Source of the DNA: Camelus dromedarius | Lineage: Eukaryota | Length of the DNA stretch: 64,000 nucleotides | Direction: 5' to 3' | NCBI RefSeq assembly: GCF_036321535.1 | Contig: NC_087437.1 | Location: 84,322,001-84,386,000, forward strand | Shown: piece after piece, positions 39,185 to 50,580 of the stretch | Numbering within the stretch: position 1 is the stretch's first letter | Layout of the letters: each line of letters opens with the position of its first letter | Program-made: the position numbers and the translations under genes | Notes under the pieces: model-generated | Seen by the model: the letters and a program-made list of their open reading frames with translations, nothing else | What the model was told of the DNA's origin: nothing | Databases searched by the model: none

Positions 39185-40740
39185 CTATTCTTTTATTTAT
39201 TTTATTTTTTGAGTAAAGGTAGATTTATTTAGAGAGAGACACACTGCATAGAGTGTAGTCTGTTTCAGAAGGCCATGAGGTGTCGGGGTTTGGTGCTCAG
39301 ATTAGAGTAAAAGTAGGTACACACTCCACAGTCAGAGTGTGGGCCATCTCCAAAGAGAAGGGAGCAAAAAGGTGGACACGAGGCACCATGTTGCCAGTTT
39401 TTATGGGCTTGGTAGCTACATATGCTAATAAGTGAAAGGACCAGTCTAACTACCCTGAGGAAGGGGCTGGGATTACCAGGAAGTCAGCCATTTCCCACCC
39501 TTTGACTTTCCGTGGCTAGCCTTGGGACTGTCATGGCATCTGTGGGCATGTTATTTACCATGCTAATATATTACAATGAGTGTCCAATGAAGCTCAAGAT
39601 CTACTAGAAGTCAAATCTCCCACCATCTTGAGTCTTAAGGCCTACCAGGGGTTAAATCTTTTGCCATCCTGGTGTTAATTGTTGTGTTATTCCTCGAATG
39701 GCTATGCCCTGTCTCCTTCCTTCCTATCTCCTTTCCCCTCAGAGATTTTATTCCCATAATCTTATGGGGTTGCAGAGGTGCAAAGGTCTGTCTTCTGAAA
39801 CTACTTCCAGGCTGAGTAGGGGCATTGACCCTGCCTATCAGGGAGTAAAAATCTCAGAATACCTATCTAGGGGCCCCAGGGGCAGGATAGCCTTTTGTTT
39901 TTGAGTCCAAGGGTGGTATGGGCTGGAATCCTTGCATAGCCATCATCTGATACGGGACTGTTTGTAACCCACTGTTTCCACTGACTTCTGATGAATCTTC
40001 TTAAAGATGAAGCACCTTTGTAACAGCAGTTTAACAGTCTATAATGACAAAAAGACTTAAAAGTCATGGTTAAACATCCAGTCAGGCTGTTAATTACTTG
40101 CCACATGGTCTTAATTTGGATGTCAGAGTGGTTGCCTTGGTGGATCTTCTCGAGTCCGAAGAGACAGAGCGATAGAGGAAAGAATGAGAAAAGATCAAGG
40201 AGAGAAAAGCCTTGGGCTTGGTGGGCTCCTTCACGGATAGAGAGCTGGTCTCTGCTAGATCCTGCAGGCAGCTTCAGCCACCACCTAAGGGCTACTTGAA
40301 TCCCATGGTGTGGGAGAAACCCCCTGCTACCCTCTGAAGAGAGGGGAGCCGAAGCCCAATAGGCTGATCGAGGTTATGCCCTTTGAGCCCCATTTCTTTA
40401 TGTAAATACCCTATGTTGGGCACCAGAGAGATGATGAAGGAAAAACGTGTGTGGGGCGTGAGGAGGGCTGTGTCCCAGGTCTCCTTTGAATCACTGGGAC
40501 ATGTCCCATCAAGTGTGGGTCCTTGGCTTTCCATAGGAAAGAGCAAGCCACAGTTGAGTAAAAGTAGATTTATGTAGAGACATACATACTGCATAGAGTG
40601 TAGGCTGTTTCAGAAGGCAAGAGAAAGGTCATGAGGTGTGGGGGCTGGGTGCTCAGATTAGAGTAAAAGGTACACACTCCATAGACAGAGTGTGGGCTGT
40701 CTCAGAAGAGGAGGGAGCAAAAAGGAGGCACTATTCTTTT
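39185..40740 (-). mobile_element. L1-retrotransposed (processed) copy of a short ERV RNA: R-U5-PBS-internal-PPT-U3-R-poly(A), with 10-bp TSD
   Basis: Direct repeats (R) at 39211-39385 and 40556-40730. Lys-type PBS at 40408-40425, PPT at ~39732-39740, AATAAA at 39224-39229, poly(A) at 39195-39210. TSD CTATTCTTTT at 39185-39194 and 40731-40740. Confidence 0.88.
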
Positions 40741-41492
40741 AAAATAGATTACCAATATTTATAAGTGATAAAGTTTCAGTGCTTCAAAAAGTTTTCAAAA
40801 CATTAATGTAGAGGAACAATATTTAAATTCAGTATCTTTGCATTTTTAATATTCTAAGAGTTGCCTGAAATTCTCCTTTCCATTTAGAAAGTACACTGAT
40901 CTAACAGGCTTATGACCTGATTTCTTTTTCCTCTGTGGTTACTATTTGTTTTATCAGCTTTGCCAAGTAACTTATCGCCCATATAAATTCCATTAGTAAA
41001 ATAAGTGCAGTAAATTATGCCGCTTACCTACTTTGGAGAAATGGAATAAAAAAGATAAAGTGGTAGAAATAAATTAATACACAGGTGAAAAGCATTTGGT
41101 CTATTTCTTCATTTTTCCTACTATGTCAAATACTCCATCAACTGGAGATACAATCAATTTCTCTATGTGTGTTAATGGGAGAGACTGCTGAGTGCAAAAC
41201 ATGCTTGAGTTTTTCAGAGAAATATCCTCCTTAAGCACAAAGATGCTATCCATTATTTTGAACTTAAATTAGAACTGACTTTCCTATAAAGCACAGCCTC
41301 AAGCAAGTTATATCTAGAATACTTAATGTGATATGGCCTGAAATATAGTAGAAAAAATTAAAATGTACACACACTTTAAATTTATAGTTCTTTTCACTAC
41401 AGCACTAAAATGAAATACTTTAAATTATGTGAACCACTACACAGTAGTAAAAAATAACTTGTTTATAGAGCAAATATCATAGTGTTTCAGGC

Positions 41493-41493
41493 T

Positions 41494-41525
<32 letters not shown>
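41493..41525 (+). repeat. (TG)n microsatellite
   Basis: Read directly from the sequence. Confidence 0.95.
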
Positions 41526-41529
<4 letters not shown>

Positions 41530-43649
41530 GACAGTATTAGGTCAGAGTCCAAATAACTGCTAAAGATTATAAGAGCTACAGTAACAATTAAGTAAGCTAT
41601 TTTAAACTTTTGAACAAAATACAACTCAAGCTTACCATACAATATTTATGTGAAGTATTTTCCATTTCCTATGTGTGATCGTCATATAATAAACATTTAA
41701 TACAGAATTTCACTCATCAAATCAGAATGGTGAAAAGCTCAAGACGACAGGAAGCAGATGCTACCTCTATTTCCCCATGAGATTGGAAGAGAGCTCTTAC
41801 ACTGCCATGGATTACCACATACTTAGTTTTAAGAAGAAATACACATTAATTGTTGAAAACTTATGTTTTCATAATGTTTAAAACTTATCAGTAGTTCTCA
41901 AGGACAGGAGAGCAAGCAAATGAACACATCTCTTTTCCTTTGAGGACTTCCAAAAATCACAGACGTCTAATCTAGGTATTTGTAGTATGATTTTATTGGA
42001 AAGGGAGCATCATACAGTGCTTGAAAGCACAGATTATGATAGGAACTAAACTTCCTGAAGTGAAAGATGACTGCATTTAATTGTATTCCTTCCTCTTCGT
42101 ACTATGTGGGCTTAATTTCCCCTCTTTATATATTTGTCAAAAGTGAAAGCAATGATCTCACCTCTTCTATCATTTTCTTTAAAAAGTAACTTTTATAACT
42201 TAAGCAAAAGTATTCTTGATTAATGGATGACACTCATTAGCTGAAGATAAAGTGGTCTGCGTGCCATGGTATGCCCTCTTTTATAACCATTATAACTGGG
42301 CTGGGATACTTTTCAATCTCCAAAACAGAGCCAATAAATATTATCTGAGCCTGAAGTTTTCCTTATGAGAAAATGTAGGGATCTACTTCCTGACTCTAGT
42401 GACCCCAACCAGTTTGGATGAGTGACTATTTTTTAAAATAATTTCTCCAAATCTGAAAATGCTGCCATTCAAAATATATCCTCGCTAGAGATTCATTTGC
42501 CAGTGACAGCATATAATCAAAATTAATCCTCTAGTTGCTCTAAATCAGGGATGATGTAAATTAGGCTTTTGCCTAGGAATGAAGCAGCAAGGAGAGTCTA
42601 CGATTGGTGGCTGTCACTCTAAAATGTATTGGAAGGCTCAGCAAATGGAGCTATGGAGGTGTTGGGGAATGAGGCAGTGTTTATCATCCAGGAAAAAAGA
42701 AAAGGAGGCAGACAGAGCCCTGCTTCTTCACTTTTGCTATGACATTCTCTCATTTTCACTCTGGGGAAAACTATGGCTAAATCCCTGACTTCAGAGTTTA
42801 CTGCCATGAGCAAAAGCACAGGTGACCAAGCTATTCTATGTATTCACAAGAACGAAAATGAAGTTAGTGTGTTTAGAGCATATGATCAAGATCCCATATT
42901 GTTAAAGGTACCACTTTCCCCTTTGTATCTCTAAAATGCTTCTCTCACATATTTGACATGTGTTTCCTGATAAGAGAAACAGTACACATAGCGGACACAG
43001 AGGTGGCTTTCTTTCCTTTTCTTTTTCTTTTTAAAATCTTTGCCCTCTGTAAATTTTGTATGGGAATGCTGTCATGTTAGATAGACGGATGATGTTACCT
43101 CCTCTAAAGGGATCAGGAACTCATTTTAGGAGCAGATGAGAAGGGAAACAGCTATCCAGCTGCTGTTTTGAATGGGCAGAGTTTTGGTAGAACCCTATTT
43201 AGCTGAGTAACTGAACTCTGATACCTTCAGATTTTTTTGTTGTTGTTGTCGTTGTTGGATGGTGGTGATGTAGCTAGCCTTCTTTCCTCAGAGAATTTTT
43301 AAACCTATTTTCTATTCTTTATTTTTCTGGAGTATAACAGACTGACAAAATTTTAGAGGTGAAGATGGAAGAAATGATTAACATCTCAGTCATGCAAATA
43401 ACTTCATAGAACAACAGTTACCATCATTTTTAAACTGTCTTCCTGACTACTCTAAACTAATCCCAGAATTTCCATCAGACTGCTCCTATTGCAAAGCCTT
43501 CTCTCCTCGTTCTACATCTTCTCTCTTATGTTCTCTCTCAGTAGCAGAACAAGTTTTTCTACTGTCTCACACAGAGGAATTTGGGACACCTCTTGATACA
43601 CAAGACCTCACCGAAGAAAAATTTCCAAATAAAGGAAGTTAAATCTCTA

Positions 43650-43900
43650 TGAGGATGTTCTTATTTGGGGGCGTTTACTTTAAATGCAATTCTTCAGTAT
43701 TATAAATAAGGCTGAGATGAAAATCCTTGTATATAAATCTTAGCCTGTCTTTATCTGTGCATTCCCCTAGAATTTAAATTCATAAAAGTGGAATTAATGT
43801 ATCCAAGTCGATGAATATTTTTCAACATTCTGCTTAATTGCTTTCCAGAACACTTTACATCTTCAAAAGAAATGTGTGTTTTCATAGCATTCTCTGAGGC
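43650..43900 (-). mobile_element. Ancient L1 (L1ME-like) fragment
   Basis: TATTATAAATAAGGCTGAGATGAAAATCCTTGTATATAAATC..AAAAGTGGAATT..AATTGCTTTCCAGAA. Confidence 0.55.
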
Positions 43901-46900
43901 ATGATATATTAACCTGAAACCATAACATATCTAGAAAGCACAGTTAAACAGGATGTCCAAAGATTCTCTACACATTAAAAAACTAAAAAATTAACAGAGA
44001 AAAAGATTAATAGACATCCTTCCATAAAATTATAAACTCCTCCAAAAATATTAATTAAAATACTAAGAAATGAGAACTGGGGAAGGAAATTTCCTTGCTT
44101 TTAGCCTAAGTTCTTATTCAAATTCTCAACCCTCTTTCAACTGTTTTCCTAGCTTGTTCCACCTGAGGAGTTTTTCAAAGCTGGACAGTATTAGAAGATT
44201 GTATATGTATGTGGATATTACATGAATTTGGGATGATTTTTATTTAAACTGGAAGGTAAGAAACCCGACTTCAGAATAAAGTTCCATTGGTTGTAATTCG
44301 ATGGCTGACATTTTGACAGGGAACTTATCATTGATATATAAATTACTATTAAAGTGATTGGTAAATCAGTATTTTATTCCCCAATTGCCTATTGTTCAAT
44401 GTGTGCATGTCTTCAGAAGCAAATATTAGAGAGGAAAAAATGATGAGTGGGAAAATTTGGAGGTTGAAGCCAATCTTGATATCCAAACAGCAATAAAAAT
44501 AATTATTTCAATTATTTTTAAAATACACTATATTGGAGGGAGGATGAGAATTATAAAGTGTTGGATTTGAAAATAAGAATAGTATTGTAATTCAGAAACT
44601 AAATTGATGGTTTTCAGTGCTTTTTGACATTCTAAGTGTACAAATCTAAATGTCAACAGCTAATCATGGATAATCTGCTATTGATTTTTCTCTGTTTAAA
44701 AATAGCAAATTCTGGCAGCAATTTTTATATGTATGTTCTTGTACAGGCACATTTCTCAAATATAAAATACAGGATCTATCAAACAGTAATTTACCAATTT
44801 CTCAAGATAAATGTTAAAGAATACCAGCAATTTCAAAGTTATGAAACACTGCTAAAAATAAATATTTAATAGAGTTAAGGAAGAGAGAATTACAATAAAA
44901 CAAGAATAGCAGGAGATGGCAAGAAACTAGAGAAACATTTTTAATCTTTAAATTGCATATAAAGTAACCTATACAGGTTTTACAATTTTACCGTCATCTA
45001 AAGGTAAAATAATCAGTAGACAAAACCACATATAATCCATTAAAATTGAGATTTTTCTGTTGTTATAGTTTTTGTGTTATATTTTTTAAAGAAGCCAAAC
45101 ATCATTAAATAAACTACTTCTTAAAGAATACAATAAAACTTTTAATGAAAAAGCCAAGTCATACCACCTAAAAGCTCTATGTTAATCTAAACTATTGTTC
45201 ACTGGATTTTTTTTTATTTATATGCAGAGTAAGTTTTAATCTTTAAGTGCAGAATAACCAATTCAAAGTAACTTAAAAACAGGTTTCTGGAGGAGTCATT
45301 CATTTTAATTCTCTTATTATTTACATATATTCATGATGATGAATCCTGATAAATGTGAGACTCATTTTCATTTCCCTTGTGTAACTCAAGATTCTTATTT
45401 GTTTGTACATTTTTAAATTATTTACCTTCATTTCATCTTTGCTATATTGCTAGTATTTAACTGTCAAATATATCTCTTCAATTTTACAACACTGTCCTTC
45501 AGGCCAGGGGGCAGATCTTACTTCATTTATAGTACTCACACCAAGTTAGGGCCAATATATGTTCATGATCAATATACTGAATAAATATATTGATTCCACA
45601 GTGATTCCTCATAATAATTCATAGATCCTTGAGAACAGTACTTTTATCTTTTCATCTCTGTAAACAATAATACATAGATGTGAACTTATCTGTGGGACAG
45701 CTAAATCCACGTTATTTTGCTACCTAAATGAATGTTTTAATTATTCAGTGACATATAAATAGTCTCATTAGTTAAATCTTAAACTCTAAGAAGCCCAGGA
45801 CAAAGTGACCCACCTTTGTATTTCTTGTTCCCAGCACAGTGAAAAAACATAGTTAAGTATCAACATTTCATTTAATATTGGATGAATATATATTTAATTT
45901 GGAACTAATTTAAGAATTTTAGGAAAATATATATGAATAAACCATATAGGTTAGGAACTGAATTGATACCTAAGTAACAAAAATAAAAATGAACAGACAA
46001 AAACTGCAAGGTAACTATAGCTATATTACAATAAAAATATTTGAGAACTTTATAATAGAAAGAGGTTAATAATTTTATCTGATTTTAAGGCTTGATAATT
46101 TTAGGGGAAAAATTTCAGTTAGCTTTAACAAGCATATTAAAACTCTAGGATGCTAACCTTTAAAACAAATTCTTAAATTTTAATTCTGCTTTGCTAGGTA
46201 ACAAGAGCTCTTGAAAAATCTAAAAGAAAGCACGCGCACACACGTACAGATATTTGATCATAAACTAGTGACTATCATAAAGGTTTTTACACATGTTATT
46301 TTTACAAACAAACTACCTAACTGTTATTTTAATAACTTGGGTGAACTACAGTTTTCTAATCTATAAAATAAAGTTATTATACTATAACAGTTTAAGACAG
46401 TAAGTTATTATAAGTACCTTTTTTGGTCTAATGTAGTATCATAAAAATAACAATAAAATTGAAGCATGTTAATTTTTTACATATTTTAAACCAGGCTAAG
46501 CAAATATGCTATATGAACAATATTCACTTCTGAAATTTTTTTTTCTTCTTCAGATAAAAATTAGGATCACTTTCTGACTGCTTCCTCATTAAACTGAGCA
46601 TATAAAATAGCCAAGGTAACAGTGGACTTTCCTCATTAAATGTTCAAGGGTTCTAAAATTTTCCTGGCTATTTCATTCCTTTTTTTTGCTGAAGCATTAT
46701 AATTGTTAACAAGGTACCAATGTATAGATTTCATTTAATTTTAGAAATGGACAAAAGTCTTACGATTTTGTGCAATGCGACCTATTAGTTTGTTCAGTTT
46801 TATTCTGTCATACATAATGGCAACCACTAATTATTTTTACTTGCATTTACAACTTAAATATAATCTAAGTCTACTTTAAGTCCAGAGGGAGAGCAGAAGG

Positions 46901-49849
46901 AAATTTTCAGGATTTGTCTTCAATGGACACATTTTTGTTTGCAGAGATTAAGGATCTAACCCAGGGTATTGTTAGATATATAGAACAAGTTCATTTTTTA
47001 AAACAGTACCATAACTCAGTTTTTCTACCCCTATCTTTCTTTCATTCTGGCCTGTTTATAGCTACTTAGCTACTGCATTATATTTTAAAATAACCGTCAG
47101 TTGTCTGAGATATCAATTTTTGTAACTTATTTATTCACTGCTACATAGTTTAATTCTCTAATTACACATTTAATTTCAATTATTTTTAGCAATATTAAAG
47201 TATCATAGCAACATAAGGAACACAATTTTGCCTGTAAAAGTAAAAATTAAGGTGATACTAAGAAAATTCAACTCAAATTTGAGGGCAATCATTTCAATTA
47301 GTTTTAGATAATTCTTATTTGGAATACATTCTAATGTAATTTTTTTTATTTCCTATTATACAAAATATTTCTCTTTATGAACTTGCTTAAAAAACACCTA
47401 ATTTATAATCATCATAGGTAGGCAAATTTTCATATATCAATTTTTTTAATTCATGGGTAAGTGCTTTTCCTTATTCTAGACATTACACTCTATGTACTAT
47501 CCAAGAACCCGTTTGTCTTTGCAGTGCTCATGTAGCACAAATGAATTATAATACAGCAGTCAACCTGAAAGAATACATACTTATTCTACCGCTATGCTAT
47601 TAAGTTAAAATAATTAAATTGTGTATACATTTACAATTAGTGCTTATTTTTATCAACTCAGATAGCCACACACCTAACATTACAATAGTAAAATAATACA
47701 TAACTAATTCTGTTTCTGAACATTCAATTTCTAAGGAGATGCTATCTTGATCAAAAAGTAAGTACAGCTTTTACACTTGAAGTTATGAAATGAAATAGGA
47801 AGAGCAGTAATTTTTCATTTATATCCACCAGGTTCAGGTCCTCAAACAGGTTGATGGCTAGAGGATACAGTGGTGTCCTAGGAAAGTAGCTGAAAGTACT
47901 TTTCAGGACATGGACTGAAAATACACACTTTCATCCCAATTCTTGATCCAAAGTTCAATTTAAAGGTATGCTTGCTGCAATTTGAAACTGTAAACTTGTT
48001 TCTTTACCATGAATCACAGTTTTTAATAATTAACATACTTTAAATAAACACACCAGAAAAAGGCAGTCTAATATCCTCTAAACAAAAGCTCCTTCCACCT
48101 GTCACTCTATGAAAAATCATTACAGATGTGAAATATTTTGATTTTCTATACGTGAATGTTTTTTTAACGCATACTTATGTTTATTTTTCATGTAATTAAA
48201 TAGAATATATGCCCATCCATAAAACTAACATTAGAAGATTCTTGTGAAGCAATTTTACAAGTAAAACACACGTTAAGTAGTATTATTTTACTCTCTTCCT
48301 TCACTCCTCATAATCTTATTTACTGTGAAATTCCTCATCTTATAAAAACCATCAAGTGATCAAAGAGTAAATATCAATTACTGAAGGATACATAACATCA
48401 ACAGAGAAGACTCAGTTTCTAAAGATCAGAGACTGTATGATAATCAGTTGCAGCCTCAGAATCTAGCATGATGTCAAAGGGAGATGCTTAAGATACAACT
48501 GTTGAGTGACTTATTTTCTTTTCTTTGAAAGCAACTGTAATGAAATAATAGATATTATTTTCAAATGATACATAAATATTTTATATTATGAGGGCTGATC
48601 ATCAATACTGTTATATATTATCATATAACAAGTGGGTTTTTTAAGTTTTTAAATTAATTTTGGATGTAATTTAAAGAAAACAGAAAATTTTCCTGCTAGA
48701 CCTGGAAAGAGACTAAAAATTCTTTCACTGGACCATATATTCTTGGAGGGAAAGTTCTACTTGAATTCCTTATATATGGTAAGTACACTCCCATCGAGAA
48801 GTAGGTCTCTGACAGTATCTGTTTAAAGAATGATTGTTTTCACTCAGTTTTAGGATATTTATCTTTGAAAATTAAAATTGTATATCTCATAAGAAGGCAT
48901 AATGTTTAATGAAAGGGAATAACTATAAAATAGTATTTTCCAGAACATTCTAAGCACTGAAGTAAAATATAAGATTTACTATGTCTGAATATATATTTAG
49001 GAATACTTGGAAATGTTTCAATGAGGCATCTCCAGAGTATGAATTTTCTAAATATACATAAAGTATATAGGACTATTGTTTAAGTTAGGCCTATTTATGC
49101 TTTTATATATTTAATAATTATATTCTATATTATTATTAAAAGGCAACTCAAAAAAATGAATAATGAACTAGTCAGGGAAATTTTTCAAATTACATGCAAT
49201 TTACTGTTGTTTAGTGGAGACTAACAGTTTCTTCCCTCATTCCCAAGAATATCAGACATCCTAACATCTCATTTTCTGGGTTTCTTACAAGCTTTCTGAA
49301 AATTTATTTGTTTCTCTTCATTTGAACAAAATGCAGAGGGAATAATGGAAAATATCTGAAAACACACCTATTTTACTTCTACATTTACATTTTTGTTTTT
49401 ACTAACATTAATTTGATCATAAAAGAGATGAATAAAATTGGTGCCATAACTCAAACTTCCAAATATTGCTCTGTATTTTAATAGACTGTTGGATCACCAT
49501 ATTGCTTTGTGAAAATGTCCCCAACCACTTGTGCCATTATCAACTCTGACAAAAAAGTAACTATATATGGAAAGTTATCATGTCAGAAATCCATTAACAA
49601 ATTTCACTTGTTGATCCAATATGAGTGTACTATGTTATACACAATGGTTTGAAATAGCAAAACTGCACTATTAAGAAATATTTTAAATCACAGCTTGAGA
49701 TGAGTAAAGTGGGAAATGGACTTCTTACCCCATTCCTTCCTATCTTCTGTCAATGATCAAGGTCATTTTCATGGGGAGTAATGGAAAATATTTTGGGGCC
49801 CCACGGGAAAAAATGATATAAATGTTGAATATCTACATTTATTTCTCTG

Positions 49850-50580
49850 TAAGGACAAAATGGTCCTGTAATCCTACCTCTAAAATACACCTCAAATCCA
49901 TCTTCTTCTCTCACCTCACTACCAGCACTCTGGCCAGGCCACCTAACCCCTTTCGTTGGACAACTGCAACAGACTCCTAATTCTAGTCTCACCGTCTTCC
50001 CATCATCACTTCCCTCACTAACCATAATGCTCTTAAAATGAAAATGGGTTAGAATATCTCAATTGTTTCCCATTTTCCCTAGGATAATATGAAACTCCTT
50101 ACCATGGCTCTTTTTCTTCTCTGTGGGATCTGGTTCCTGAGTCTTTCAAATCTTAACTTTGTGCTATCCTCTTCCTTGCACAGTATGCTCCAGTCACACT
50201 GGACTTAGGTCTTCAAATATGCAAGTTTATTTCCCTTCAAGGTCAGTGACCAGGCAGTTCCCTCTACCTAGACTGAACTTCTTCCCATTATGTACAATTA
50301 GCTCTTTCTCTTCCCTGTGAATGTGGCTTACATGTAACCTCCCAGATAGGCCCTTCCAACCATCACATTTAAAATAGCATGCCCTTCCTATTATTCTCTA
50401 TCTCAGTGCCTTTACTGTTTCCTGTATAGCATAGCATTTTACTTACTTACTTTTTTTTTCTTTTGCCACTCTCCCTTACTAGAAAATACATTCCAAGAGG
50501 GCATAAAGTTTGCCTTATTTATCCTTTTTCCTCCATCATCTAAATATTAAAATCTAAAACAAAATACTCAATAAAATAAG
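49850..50580 (+). mobile_element. L2 LINE 3' fragment
   Basis: TCCTACCTCTAAAATACACCTCAAATCCATC..GGACAACTGCAACAGACTCCTAA..CTCCAGTCACACTGGAC..TACTCAATAAA. Confidence 0.75.
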
